DNA from: Candidatus Bathyarchaeota archaeon
GTDB taxonomy: Archaea; Thermoproteota; Bathyarchaeia; 40CM-2-53-6
DNA length: 64,000 bases
NCBI GenBank assembly: GCA_963833125.1
Contig: CAWHWX010000012.1
Coordinates: 70,403-134,402 of the forward strand
Reading direction: 5' to 3'
The notes below the pieces were generated by a model. It was given only the letters and a program-made list of their open reading frames with translations. It did no database searches and was not told the origin of the DNA. The translations under genes were made by a program, and so were the position numbers. Of this stretch, positions 26,931-36,253 are shown piece after piece (position 1 is the first letter of the stretch; each line of letters starts with the position of its first letter).

Positions 26931-27119
26931 TCCTATGGTAACTAACGCATTTTGATGCGTCGGATGGTAAAAGATTTGACTTTTGTACCCAGCAAAAGCG
27001 GGACTATGGCCATTGTTTGAAAGGGCCAGCCGGTGCTGTCTAGAATGGAGTCTGAGTAGGCCGCGAAGGTATTATTACACCCAGTCCCAGATAAAACACG
27101 AGTAATTCAGGGGCAGGCT

Positions 27120-27758
27120 TTGGTAAACCTCGTGACACACATCGCCTTTTGGAAGAAGAAAGAGACACAAACAGCCCCTCAAGCAAAGCGAATTATCCCG
27201 CTTCCAAATCTGCCCGGTTCAACATTGGACACTCAGCAGCCGACCTCGATTGAGGCGGTAAATAGAGCTAGAGAGTCATTGAAGGTGCTGAAACTTGAAA
27301 GACAGATCCTCGGTTCCGCTGTAACTACAATCTACGAATCCCACACCAAGGGCGTAATTAGTGAGGTCGAGAGGGATCGGATGCTCGAGAAGTACAAGGT
27401 TGACCTCAAGAGGTTAGAGAAGGCTATACAAGAAAATCAGCAGATCGTCGATCTTCACGATCTAGAGATTGAGAGGGACGAGGTTGTTAAAGGCTTCAAA
27501 GCCAAACTTGCAGAGATCGACGCGAAACTCAAGGATCTCAAAGCAGGAACTTCTGCCGTGCCTGGGAAACCTGAACGGTCGGAAGGCAGTGGCGGCACGG
27601 TAAGCAATGGTGGAAGTCAACAGTCAAGTCACGACGAACAGTCGAAAAATAAGGAGGATGATCAGGGGATTACTGATTCGGAAAAGCGGATTGTACAGAT
27701 TCGCGAGGAAATCCTCAAGGCTATGGATCGCCTTGAACAGATCGAAGCGGAAGGGTGA
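27120..27758 (+). CDS. coiled-coil protein, hypothetical
   Basis: Charged heptad-rich sequence. The stop overlaps the rpiA start. Confidence 0.5.
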   Translation: MVNLVTHIAFWKKKETQTAPQAKRIIPLPNLPGSTLDTQQPTSIEAVNRARESLKVLKLERQILGSAVTTIYESHTKGVISEVERDRMLEKYKVDLKRLEKAIQENQQIVDLHDLEIERDEVVKGFKAKLAEIDAKLKDLKAGTSAVPGKPERSEGSGGTVSNGGSQQSSHDEQSKNKEDDQGITDSEKRIVQIREEILKAMDRLEQIEAEG

Positions 27759-28453
27759 ACTTGACTTCAATTGAGGAGGCTAAGCGGCGTGCCGTCCTCA
27801 AGGCGCTCCAACCCATAAAGAGTGGATGGATCATCGGGCTTGGGAGCGGAAGTACCACCGCTTACGCGCTTGCGGAAATCGCAAGGTTATCGAGAGCAAG
27901 GCATTTCGAATTATCCGTTGTGCCGACATCGCATCAAATTGAGAATCTGGCAATCTCACATGGGCTGCGAATCAAGACTATGAATGAGGCTCATACGGTC
28001 GATTACGCGATAGACGGTGCGGATCAGGTCGAGGTTCCGTCGCTTAACGTCATCAAGGGTGGGGGCGCCGCTTTGTTGAGAGAAAAGGTGGTCGACTCGG
28101 CGGCGCATAAGCTAGCGATCGTTGTGGATGAAACTAAGATTGCCAAGCATCTGGGCGACAAGCAACCTATTCCACTAGAAGTCTTCCCTTTTGCTTACAA
28201 GTCGGTTCAAGTAAAGCTCACAAACATGGGTGCACGCGCCCGCCTCCGTGAAAGCAGCGGAAAGGTCGGCCCAGTTATCACCGATAACGGGAACTTCATC
28301 CTGGACGCTGATTTCGGCAGAATAGAAAATGCGCTCCGGTTGGAACGACAGTTGAAGATGCTGCCTGGCTTGGTAGAAACAGGTCTCTTCTTGAAGATGG
28401 CTGACCGTGTGTACGTTGGCCGAGACGACGGAAGAGTGGACGTTCTCGAATGA
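27755..28453 (+). CDS. rpiA: ribose-5-phosphate isomerase A
   Basis: GLGSGSTTAYAL...DGADQV...KGGGAALLREK. Confidence 0.9.
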   Translation: MNLTSIEEAKRRAVLKALQPIKSGWIIGLGSGSTTAYALAEIARLSRARHFELSVVPTSHQIENLAISHGLRIKTMNEAHTVDYAIDGADQVEVPSLNVIKGGGAALLREKVVDSAAHKLAIVVDETKIAKHLGDKQPIPLEVFPFAYKSVQVKLTNMGARARLRESSGKVGPVITDNGNFILDADFGRIENALRLERQLKMLPGLVETGLFLKMADRVYVGRDDGRVDVLE

Positions 28454-28531
28454 GCCTCATCCTCAACCGCTAAAGTAGTTTACTATTCCCTAATCTCACA
28501 GCTCACGCAAATCGTAGAAATCGCAGTTGTA

Positions 28532-29761
28532 TTGCATCAGGAGCGGCGTCCGATTCTTCTAATTGCCGAGCTTTCTCATGCCAAGCATTTTAGGGGATCC
28601 GTGCTGGATATTAATTCGGCGTTAACGAGTTTGAGAGCACGCTCATTATTGCTGGCGTTAACTCTCTCCTTGGGTGTTCTTTTCCTCCTGGTTCCTGTGC
28701 ACGCTCAAACGATCAGTGTATCGAACTTGCAGTACTCTCCTACTTCGGTCCTCGGGAGACAAATGACGGTTACATTCACGGTTAGCTATGATGGTGCAAG
28801 CGTCGGCAACTATCTTGTCGCCGGAATTTGGGATGTTCAAGCAAACAGTTTTGCTTTCGGTTCCACAATTAGCTCCAACCCTTATTCTTGCCCGCAGACG
28901 ACCGGAAGTTACAGTTGGGCCGCTGCTTGTGTTTATGCAATATCAGATCTGCAAGGGTCAGAAACGGTAAGTTTCTCTTTAGTGATCTTATCCCCAGGCA
29001 ATTACCGGTTTCTTGCACTCGCAGGTTTGGAGGATAAGAACTCCAAAGTAATAGTTCGCACACCTAATGAGCAAACTACTGGTAACCCGAACGTATTTTC
29101 TGTGTCAGTGATAGACAAGTTCACGTTGGCTGTTAGTCTTCCTGACCAAGTTTCAGTAACCCTCGATGGCGTTCGAGAGGGTCCTGGGTCTATTGGCTTG
29201 CAGATGTTTACGGGTACGCATTACATCTCGGTTCCTGACATAGTTCAACTCAACCCGACTTCAAGGTTGAAGTTCAAAGGTTGGTCGGACGGCTCAAATC
29301 AGGCAACGAGGACATTTGACCTAGAAAGTGATTCAGAAATAGCGGCAACATACGTCACACAATATTTAGTGACTGCGACAACGGATTCGACGCTGCAATC
29401 AGGCTGGTACAATCAAGGTACAGTTCTACAGTTTACGGTTAACAACACTCAATTGGTTAACAATTATCGGCTGCTTCTGGGCGGATTTGACGGATGGTAT
29501 AACAACGGTGAGTTGATAGCGATCTCGCCGAGCGCTTCGCTCACGATTGAGGGCCCTCTTACGGTAAGCGGTAGATGGAATTATCTGCCGTACATTCCTC
29601 TCTTGCTAATTGGGGTAATTGTAGCCATAATTCTGTTCTTTGCAAGGCGGAGGACTGTTCCTGCCCGACGATCGCCTTTGCTCAAAACCTCAAGTCGTAG
29701 GCGGTCCAGTGAACGAACTAGAAAAACGAGGTCGAGGAGACGGCCGAAATCAAGGAAGTAA
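28532..29761 (+). CDS. secreted protein with InlB-B-repeat-like module, C-terminal TM and Arg/Ser-rich tail
   Basis: Signal anchor, KFKGWSDGSNQATRTF...ATYVTQYLVT repeat, TM LLLIGVIVAIILFF and a basic tail. Confidence 0.6.
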   Translation: MHQERRPILLIAELSHAKHFRGSVLDINSALTSLRARSLLLALTLSLGVLFLLVPVHAQTISVSNLQYSPTSVLGRQMTVTFTVSYDGASVGNYLVAGIWDVQANSFAFGSTISSNPYSCPQTTGSYSWAAACVYAISDLQGSETVSFSLVILSPGNYRFLALAGLEDKNSKVIVRTPNEQTTGNPNVFSVSVIDKFTLAVSLPDQVSVTLDGVREGPGSIGLQMFTGTHYISVPDIVQLNPTSRLKFKGWSDGSNQATRTFDLESDSEIAATYVTQYLVTATTDSTLQSGWYNQGTVLQFTVNNTQLVNNYRLLLGGFDGWYNNGELIAISPSASLTIEGPLTVSGRWNYLPYIPLLLIGVIVAIILFFARRRTVPARRSPLLKTSSRRRSSERTRKTRSRRRPKSRK

Positions 29762-29950
29762 AACCATCTAAGCCGATCAAAGGCCACATGTATTGTATTC
29801 GTTAGGTTCGGTTGTGGTGCCGGGGGCGTGGTATCTGCAAGTATTGTTTTTCCGTAGGCTTGTCTCCACGGTTGGTGGATGATGGAACGAACTGACAGTC
29901 CCTCAATCCGAGGGAGAGTCTGGTCTCAATTCCCTCATATCGTCAGTGAC

Positions 29951-30562
29951 CTACGTCGATCTCGGCGAAAAACGATTTTTTGAGTTCGGCAACTGAAGCC
30001 ACATTCCGCATGATTTTGCGTTTTCTTTCATAAGCCACTTTATACCGGGAAAACAACATAATCGTCGCTTTCCAGAATCAAGCATATCGCAAGCTTTCTC
30101 GATCCGGCGCCTGCGCGTTTCCGGTTGCTTGGCTGAGCTTATCGAGAAAATCCAGTCCCGGCGCGCCATTGGTGTGATATCCGCCCACGATGCCTGCGCC
30201 AGCGGGACAGCCGCAAGGGCTTTGCGTAGATCCATTGGCACTCTGGTCTCCGGTTCTTCTCCGGCCCGCGTAATCTCCACTGTTACGGTGTCTCCAGCGT
30301 CTGCGCCTATAGCATCGTGCATGGCTTTGTTAACCCTGAGCCGGTGACTTCCTTTTCCGTTTGGTTCGAGAGCGGCTCGAAAAGGGACGCTATTGATAGT
30401 TCCCTCAACCATCGTCATACCTCGTGATGGAAGCTTCGCACTCGCGTTCTTGGGCAGAGTTAGAAGGGTCCACGATCCGCTCTTTTTGGTTGCCTTAGGT
30501 CGAGACAACTTGCCACTGAAGCGAATCGTTGATTGAGATGCTTGCCGCTTAGCCAGTTTCAT
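29951..30562 (-). CDS. DUF1905 + YdeI/OmpD-associated domain protein
   Basis: GKGSHRLRVNKAMHDAIGADAGDTVTVEI is DUF1905-like. WADITPMARRDWIFSISSAKQPETRRRRIEKACDML is YdeI-like. Confidence 0.7.
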   Translation of the reverse strand: MKLAKRQASQSTIRFSGKLSRPKATKKSGSWTLLTLPKNASAKLPSRGMTMVEGTINSVPFRAALEPNGKGSHRLRVNKAMHDAIGADAGDTVTVEITRAGEEPETRVPMDLRKALAAVPLAQASWADITPMARRDWIFSISSAKQPETRRRRIEKACDMLDSGKRRLCCFPGIKWLMKENAKSCGMWLQLPNSKNRFSPRST

Positions 30563-30786
30563 ATCGATTATCTGATCGCTTTTTCTATTTTATTTTTCCC
30601 CCGGTCTCCCGGTTGAAGCTCCCTACACCCTCCCCACGTTCTTGGCGCAGTAAAAGGTTCGAATTGAATGATCTGCTCACGACGTCATGAGTTCACATTT
30701 AGTCACCCGCGCCTACCCGCCCCGTGACACATAGGCCGAAAGCGTAATTAATTCAACCTAGCGACAACTCCGTTTGATGATGGAGC

Positions 30787-31197
30787 ATGGTCCATTTAGT
30801 TGATGAGGGCAGCGTGTTTGATGCCTCGATCGATAAGATTTGGAGATATCTATCGTCCGAAGACCACCGCCACCCTAGCTTCCAAAACGTAACGCGGGAA
30901 GTAACCGGAAACGTAGTCGTCATCACTTCCGAGCGGAAAATCATGGGTAACCTAGTGAAAGTGAAGATCAAGAACACTATCTATCCACCAATCGGGTACG
31001 TATCGGAACATCTCGAAGGTCCCACCGCAGGATCTCGATCCTTCCTCTACTATACCCCGATGGACGATAAGACGAAGGTGACAGTCGTCGGAGATTTCAA
31101 AATTGGTGGCCTCGACGAAAAGGCAACAAAGGATGCCGTCTTGGCGATGATGCAGGTCACCTTTGACGAGGATAACGATAACCTCAAACGAATGTAG
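30787..31197 (+). CDS. hypothetical protein, possibly SRPBCC fold
   Basis: 136-aa ORF. N-terminal IDKIWRYL pattern is weakly START/Bet v1-like. Confidence 0.4.
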   Translation: MVHLVDEGSVFDASIDKIWRYLSSEDHRHPSFQNVTREVTGNVVVITSERKIMGNLVKVKIKNTIYPPIGYVSEHLEGPTAGSRSFLYYTPMDDKTKVTVVGDFKIGGLDEKATKDAVLAMMQVTFDEDNDNLKRM

Positions 31198-31338
31198 TTA
31201 ACTCCACGGTCGATGCTCTTCCGCCCCGAACTAAGCCGTTCCCGGACGGAGACCATTAAGCAGATCTTGCGTACCCGACCTAGACGAGCAAGCAAGCCGA
31301 CGCCGGATAACCAACACCCCGGTAACAACAAGTATCGG

Positions 31339-31450
31339 TGGTGCCGGGGGCGGGGTTCGAACCCGCGGCTTCTGGGCCCACTGCTTTCCAGATTATGAGT
31401 TTCGTCCCACTAAGCCTGACTGGCGCTCTACCAGGCTGAGCCACCCCGGC
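31339..31450 (-). tRNA. tRNA(CAU), elongator Met or Ile2, with two non-canonical introns and encoded CCA
   Basis: The reverse complement reads GCCGGGG TG GCTC AGCCTGGTA GAGC G CCAG[19 nt]A CTCATAA TCTGG [21 nt in the variable region where ~5 is expected, i.e. a ~16-nt insert] GCGGG TTCGAAC CCCGC CCCCGGC A CCA. Confidence 0.8.
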
Positions 31451-31528
31451 ACGCGCCAGATGACCGGAAATTAGGGTAAAAACGTTCCCAATCCGAAGTC
31501 GATAAGGCTGGAAAGGCATTAAGTAAAC

Positions 31529-32791
31529 ATGCCCGTATCATTGAAATCGTCGGTTGGCGTCGAATGGATGGAGTTCCAATATCTAACTCTCGACGACTTC
31601 AACCTGCGAGACAAGGCTGTACTGTTAAGGTTAGACATCAACGCGCCACTTGACCCCAGCACTAATCAAATTCTGGATGACGGAAGAATCGTTGCCGCCA
31701 AACCAACTTTGGACGCCTTGTCCGAAGCTAAGGTCGCCGTTCTTTCTCATCAGAGTCGGCCGGGGAGGGGAGATTTTACTTCTCTTGAGCTTCACGCCGG
31801 AATCCTACAGAAAATTTGCTCTCAGCGAGTTTCTTTCATAGACGATGTAATGGGGCCCGCCGCCCGGCAGGCGGTGAGGGATATGAGGAAAGGTGAGGTC
31901 GTGGTCTTGGATAACGTTCGGTTTTGTTCCGAGGAGATTCTGGAAGATAAGGCTGAGAAGCTCGCCAACACGAACCTCGTAAAACGGTTGGCGCCGTTGT
32001 TTGATCTTTACGTGAATGATGCGTTCGCGACGGCTCATCGATCGCAGGCTTCACTTGTCGGTTTCCCATACCTTCTCCCATCTGCGGCTGGGAAATTAAT
32101 GGAGGGGGAGCTCTCCGCGATCGAGAAGCTTATGAGTAATCCAGCTCGGCCAATCACATACGTGCTCGGTGGTGCGAAGGTTGAGGATAAAGTTCCCGTG
32201 GTCGAAAACATACTATCGACAGGGAAAGCCGACCGCGTCCTAGTCGGAGGTAACGTAGCAAAAGTGTTTCTGAAAGCAACGGGTACGAAACTCGGTCAGG
32301 CGGATGAGGAAGAATTAGGAGCGGTAACTGACGAGGTGCTCAAAGCTAATCGCATCCTATCCAAGTACAGTAAACGGATCGTGTTGCCAACTGACTTCGG
32401 AACCTCAAGGGGCGGTAAGCGTGTGGACGAACCTGTTCGAAGATTGACGAAAGCTGATAGGGCCCTCGACATCGGTTCTGAAACAGCTGAGAGATTCTCA
32501 GAGATTATTGCGGATTCAAAGACAATCGTGGCTTCGGGACCAATGGGCGTCTTCGAAGAAGACGGTTTCGAGAGTGGGACCAGAACTGTTCTACAGGCGA
32601 TAGCAAACACCAACGCTTTCACGGTGATCGGCGGAGGCCACTTGGCAGGTTACGCGGGAATCCTCGGCATCGCAGAGAGGCTGTCCCATGTGAGCACCGC
32701 TGGGGGCGCGATGCTTTCCCTCTTGGCCGGAGAAGAACTCCCCGCAATAACCGCTCTTGTTGCAGCCGCAAAACGTGAACGGCGGAAATAG
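31529..32791 (+). CDS. pgk: phosphoglycerate kinase
   Basis: LRLDINAPLD...VLSHQSRPG...NDAFATAHR...GGGH. The probable true start is the ATG at 31568 (MEFQYLTLDDF). Confidence 0.9.
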   Translation: MPVSLKSSVGVEWMEFQYLTLDDFNLRDKAVLLRLDINAPLDPSTNQILDDGRIVAAKPTLDALSEAKVAVLSHQSRPGRGDFTSLELHAGILQKICSQRVSFIDDVMGPAARQAVRDMRKGEVVVLDNVRFCSEEILEDKAEKLANTNLVKRLAPLFDLYVNDAFATAHRSQASLVGFPYLLPSAAGKLMEGELSAIEKLMSNPARPITYVLGGAKVEDKVPVVENILSTGKADRVLVGGNVAKVFLKATGTKLGQADEEELGAVTDEVLKANRILSKYSKRIVLPTDFGTSRGGKRVDEPVRRLTKADRALDIGSETAERFSEIIADSKTIVASGPMGVFEEDGFESGTRTVLQAIANTNAFTVIGGGHLAGYAGILGIAERLSHVSTAGGAMLSLLAGEELPAITALVAAAKRERRK

Positions 32792-32808
32792 TCTGGCCGG
32801 TCGTGAGA

Positions 32809-32816
32809 ATTTTAAG
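32809..32816 (+). promoter_or_regulatory. TATA-box-like element upstream of tRNA-Thr(UGU)
   Basis: ATTTTAAG lies about 28 nt upstream of the tRNA 5' end. Confidence 0.35.
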
Positions 32817-32840
32817 CACGAATGTTCATACTCGCGTTGC

Positions 32841-32948
32841 GCCTCGGTGGCTCAGCCTGGCAGATCAAAAATGACCAGAGAGCGGCCGCCTTGTAACAAA
32901 AGCCAAGAGAGCGGCAGGTCGCGGGATCGAATCCCGCCCGAGGCTCCA
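32841..32948 (+). tRNA. tRNA-Thr(UGU) with two introns and encoded CCA
   Basis: GCCTCGG TG GCTC AGCCTGGCA GA[17 nt]GC G GCCGC CTTGTAA[14 nt]GCGGC AGGTC GCGGG ATCGAAT CCCGC CCGAGGC T CCA. The intron positions match those of the GGU isoacceptor. Confidence 0.85.
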
Positions 32949-33158
32949 GAACACGAACCCGAGGCTCGGTGGCGATGTTCCTACTGGCCTAACGGCCAGT
33001 CGTTGGGCCGATTCACCTGGTTTAACACTTGGAGGCCCATTCATACCACTTAGTAGAAATGGAGTAATATTACCCTTTTCGACTGTATCTACAAGCCACC
33101 TTAAATACATAGTCGGTATATATGCATCTTCTAGATGAGTTCTGGAGGTGTTTGAGAG

Positions 33159-33239
33159 ATGGCGAAGAAACGTAAGGTTAAGATGAAGTTAGGTACTGAG
33201 CACGACAAGAACGTTAGACAAGAGGAAATGGTAGCATAA
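33159..33239 (+). CDS. 26-aa basic micro-protein, not in the ORF track
   Basis: GGAGGTG (33144-33150) lies 8 nt before the ATG. Translation MAKKRKVKMKLGTEHDKNVRQEEMVA. Followed by a hairpin and a T-rich tract. Confidence 0.4.
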   Translation: MAKKRKVKMKLGTEHDKNVRQEEMVA

Positions 33240-33251
33240 GGCTACTAACCG

Positions 33252-33286
33252 AGGGCGACTTGATCGCCCTAATTTCTTTCTTTATT
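33252..33286 (+). terminator. hairpin plus T-rich tract
   Basis: AGGGCGA-cttga-TCGCCCT (33252-33270) followed by AATTTCTTTCTTTATT. Confidence 0.4.
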
Positions 33287-33370
33287 GTATCAAGTTGTTA
33301 ACTCAACATACCTGCTCCGAGTCGTAATCTGATGTCGAGAGTCGAATAAGGTCTTATTACCTTCCAAAAC

Positions 33371-33817
33371 GTGACCTACACTAGGGTTCTTTTCATGAGA
33401 TTTGGAAAGGCTTGGGTAAAGTACGCCTTGCTTGTGGTGGCCGTTTTGGCCTTGACAACTACTATCATTCCTAGTGGTAGTTCACTGGCTCCGATGTTCG
33501 GGGGATGTGTAAGCCCCACCATTACGGAGTCTATAGCAACGACCGTGACAACATCAACTTCGCCGACGCCAGTTGCTGGGTTAACTGCCGTCTCTACTCT
33601 CTCATCCTTTCAAGTAACGAGCAGCTCTAGTAGCCCATCCTGTGATTTAGGTACTGGTGAAAACTTTCTGTTCATCCTTACCCTCGTTACCGTAGCGATT
33701 ATTCTTGGAGTGCCCGTGGTCATTCCCGAATTTCCCTTCGGCCTATTCATACTTGCAATCCTCACGGTACTTGCATACAGCATTATCCGACGTCGAACTC
33801 GAAACCTTAAAACCTAA
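33371..33817 (+). CDS. secreted protein with PEF-CTERM-like archaeosortase sorting signal
   Basis: Signal anchor, Thr/Ser-rich region, and C-terminus IPEFPFGLFILAILTVLAYSIIRRRTRNLKT. Confidence 0.7.
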   Translation: MTYTRVLFMRFGKAWVKYALLVVAVLALTTTIIPSGSSLAPMFGGCVSPTITESIATTVTTSTSPTPVAGLTAVSTLSSFQVTSSSSSPSCDLGTGENFLFILTLVTVAIILGVPVVIPEFPFGLFILAILTVLAYSIIRRRTRNLKT

Positions 33818-33853
33818 ACTGAGTTAAGTTCGTTTGGCCGAAGCGTGAGCGCA

Positions 33854-33887
33854 GGCCCAATCGTTCCAGTACATTCACGATAATGCT
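33854..33887 (+). repeat. 34-nt conserved 3'-flank element, copy 1
   Basis: GGCCCAATCGTTCCAGTACATTCACGATAATGCT matches 35089-35122 at 32 of 34 positions. Confidence 0.7.
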
Positions 33888-33946
33888 TCTCGACACGTTA
33901 CGTTATATAGATATGGCTTCCTCACATTGAGTGGCTTGGGGAGCTT

Positions 33947-34435
33947 ATGGTTCAAAGATTCAGGTTGATTGCCGTTGCGATACTGGCAATCGTTGCGTTT
34001 ACGGTCATGTTGAATGTGGGCAATGTTTACGCCCAGACGGTTGTCCTAACCCCGAACCCTGTCACCGCAGGTACATCTGTTATGGCAACTGGAAGCGCGT
34101 TTCCTTCAGGCGATACAGGAGCACTTACGTTGTATCAAGTCAACACGGGTGCTTGCTCGGGTTTGGTGTTCGGCCCCGTGTTGCCGTTTACTGTCAGTGG
34201 CGGTGGAGGTTTCGTGATTAGTGGTATATCCACGACGGGTCTGTCTGTTGGGTCACACTGTGTTGCTGTAGGCTACACTAATGGCGAGGTCAACTCTGCT
34301 CTCTTCCTTGTCTTGACCGTTAACGCACCCGCGCCACCAATCCCTGAGTATCCTTTCGGACTACCTTTACTCGCAATATTTACGATAATTGGGTACGGCC
34401 TAGTCAGACGAAAGACTCGAAACGATAAAGCCTAA
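33947..34435 (+). CDS. secreted protein with PEF-CTERM-like sorting signal
   Basis: Signal peptide ...NVGNVYAQ. C-terminus IPEYPFGLPLLAIFTIIGYGLVRRKTRNDKA. GGGGAG lies upstream of the ATG. Confidence 0.75.
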   Translation: MVQRFRLIAVAILAIVAFTVMLNVGNVYAQTVVLTPNPVTAGTSVMATGSAFPSGDTGALTLYQVNTGACSGLVFGPVLPFTVSGGGGFVISGISTTGLSVGSHCVAVGYTNGEVNSALFLVLTVNAPAPPIPEYPFGLPLLAIFTIIGYGLVRRKTRNDKA

Positions 34436-34448
34436 GTTGCGTAAACGG

Positions 34449-34467
34449 TTGGGCCGTCGAGGCCCAA
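34449..34467 (+). other. perfect 7-bp hairpin in the 3' flank
   Basis: TTGGGCC-gtcga-GGCCCAA. Degenerate versions occur at the same place after the two paralogs. Confidence 0.5.
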
Positions 34468-34593
34468 TCATTCCAATGGAAAATCCAATTCATCTTAGTG
34501 AAGCGAAACATTGCTGTTCCAACTCGAAGCTAGTGATGATTAGAAATAAGTCATAATAGGTTCAGGAATCAAGCTCTGCTGGGGTCCTCGTTC

Positions 34594-35067
34594 TTGAGAT
34601 ATGGAACGGTCGGGTTTGGTTTACTACTTGTCATTCTGCTCGTTTTGGTCGCAGGCTACTCGACGCAGATATTGGAAGTCGCTGCAGATGGAGCGTGTGC
34701 TAATGTTCTTTTTTCCTCTTCAGAACAGAACGGAGTTACCAGCAATCTTGGAACAATAACTGCATTCGGCGACGAAATGGTGCTTCCAAGAACTCGTGGA
34801 CCTTGTCCTGGAAGTTACCCGATAGTATACACGCCTGCCGGAGGCTACATTTTTGTAAGCTGGCAGACAACTGGCGGCTGCAGTGTAGCAGATGTTAACG
34901 CCGCATCTACGACATTGATTGTTGTCTCGGATTGCTCAGTGACTGCGATTTACAGTGTGGCACCACCACCGATACCTGAATACCCAATCGGCCTACCAAT
35001 CATAGCAATCCTCGCGATAATCGGTTACAGTTTAGTTAAACGTCGAACAAGAAACTATAGCACCTAG
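34594..35067 (+). CDS. secreted protein with PEF-CTERM-like sorting signal
   Basis: TTG start, signal anchor, and C-terminus IPEYPIGLPIIAILAIIGYSLVKRRTRNYST. Confidence 0.7.
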   Translation: MRYGTVGFGLLLVILLVLVAGYSTQILEVAADGACANVLFSSSEQNGVTSNLGTITAFGDEMVLPRTRGPCPGSYPIVYTPAGGYIFVSWQTTGGCSVADVNAASTTLIVVSDCSVTAIYSVAPPPIPEYPIGLPIIAILAIIGYSLVKRRTRNYST

Positions 35068-35088
35068 ATTTCAAGCGACTGGGCCACA

Positions 35089-35122
35089 GGCCAAATCGTT
35101 CAAGTACATTCACGATAATGCT
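35089..35122 (+). repeat. 34-nt conserved 3'-flank element, copy 2
   Basis: GGCCAAATCGTTCAAGTACATTCACGATAATGCT. Its last two bases (35121-35122) overlap the stop codon of the convergent ORF 35121-35345. Confidence 0.7.
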
Positions 35123-35345
35123 AGGTCTCTTCGACCTGTCCTTTGGAATACATCGCGCGACCTACAGGTACTGAAGCAGTGGCTCCGCATGAGCACTCGT
35201 AGTTTTCATAAAGAATTCTCAACAGTGAAGAAGGAAATCTGCCCTCAATGGGGCCATCCATAGTTTGCTGGGTGGTTGATTCCTCGTGCAGATTAAGAGA
35301 CATCGGGTTTCCGCATGCTGGACAGTTTGGGATTTTCTTAGGCAT
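35121..35345 (-). CDS. small zinc-ribbon protein
   Basis: CPACGNPM ... CSCGATA form two Cys pairs in 74 aa. Confidence 0.5.
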   Translation of the reverse strand: MPKKIPNCPACGNPMSLNLHEESTTQQTMDGPIEGRFPSSLLRILYENYECSCGATASVPVGRAMYSKGQVEET

Positions 35346-35470
35346 GAAGTAAAATTGCTCCGGTCGCTATAAAACAGTTAGCGTGAGACTTTCGGGTCAT
35401 CTCTGTTCTGGAAAATCGTTTCGGTTGGGAAAGGCATTTAAGCCCATGTAGCTGCGTGTAACTGATTTCA

Positions 35471-35653
35471 ATGGATTCGAAATCGAAATCCTACCTTGCG
35501 ATTGCAATGGGGATAGTCATAATCCTAGCCGACATATACTGGTTAGTTGTGGGGGCTTCTTACACTTACCCACCTTGGCTTGCTGCGGGGATAATAATCT
35601 TCGTTGCGAGTGTGGTCTGGATCTGGGTCGATTACGACCTCATGAAAAAATAG
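35471..35653 (+). CDS. small two-TM membrane protein
   Basis: 60 aa with two hydrophobic helices. Confidence 0.45.
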   Translation: MDSKSKSYLAIAMGIVIILADIYWLVVGASYTYPPWLAAGIIIFVASVVWIWVDYDLMKK

Positions 35654-35667
35654 GCAAGGACACCTAT

Positions 35668-36174
35668 CTAGGTCCGTACCGTGAGGTCTTCCTTCACGGT
35701 TCGAAGAACGATGATGCTCTCGGTTCCTGCGATTCCATCAATAGTTCCCACCGCATCCATTATCTTACCTAAGGCGTCTGTTCCGCTGGTTCGAATTTTC
35801 AGGATCGAATAGTACTCCCCCGTTACATCGTATATTTCGTAAATGTCATCGAATTTCTTTAACGCGTCAAGTGTTCCCGGAAACGCTTTGGGATTCGCCC
35901 GGACAAGTACAATTGCTGTAAGGTCTTTCCCTACCGCTTTAGGATCGACGATCGCGCTAAAACCCTTAATCACGCCGCCCTCCTGCATCTTCCTCACTCG
36001 TACGAAGACGGTTCCTTCACTCACGCCGACTTTCTGAGCAATTGTTTTGAATGAGATTCGGGCGTCGCGTTGGAGTTTGCGCAGAATCTTATGATCAGCG
36101 TCATCGAGTTCCATCCGCTCGCTCTCCCTAGTTTGTCTCTTTTCCATCGCTGAGATCGTCATAACTGAATCCAC
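35668..36174 (-). CDS. Lrp/AsnC-family transcriptional regulator (LysM-like position)
   Basis: ILRKLQRDARISFKTIAQKVGVSEGTVFVRVRKMQEGGVIKGF followed by a RAM domain. Divergent from argG. Confidence 0.9.
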   Translation of the reverse strand: MDSVMTISAMEKRQTRESERMELDDADHKILRKLQRDARISFKTIAQKVGVSEGTVFVRVRKMQEGGVIKGFSAIVDPKAVGKDLTAIVLVRANPKAFPGTLDALKKFDDIYEIYDVTGEYYSILKIRTSGTDALGKIMDAVGTIDGIAGTESIIVLRTVKEDLTVRT

Positions 36175-36253
36175 AACTCCAAGGAATATTTATTAGTGAT
36201 AACATAATGTATAGGCCAAATTCATAAGGTTTCCTTAACAAGTGAGCTGAGTT
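36175..36253. promoter_or_regulatory. AT-rich divergent promoter region between the Lrp gene and argG
   Basis: Contains AATATTTATTAGTGATAACATAATGTATAGG. TATA-like boxes could serve both directions. Confidence 0.3.

Noticed and set aside
32937-33039. A 10-nt repeat of the tRNA-Thr 3' end (CCCGAGGCTC at 32937-32946 and 32958-32967) and two hairpins (32983-33000, 33004-33039), considered as an integration att site or an ncRNA
   Set aside because: The repeat is only 10 nt, lies 21 nt from the original, and has no integrase or foreign-looking cargo nearby. The hairpins have no recognisable RNA-family signature (no C/D or H/ACA boxes, no T-loop). They are probably a tRNA trailer or terminator.
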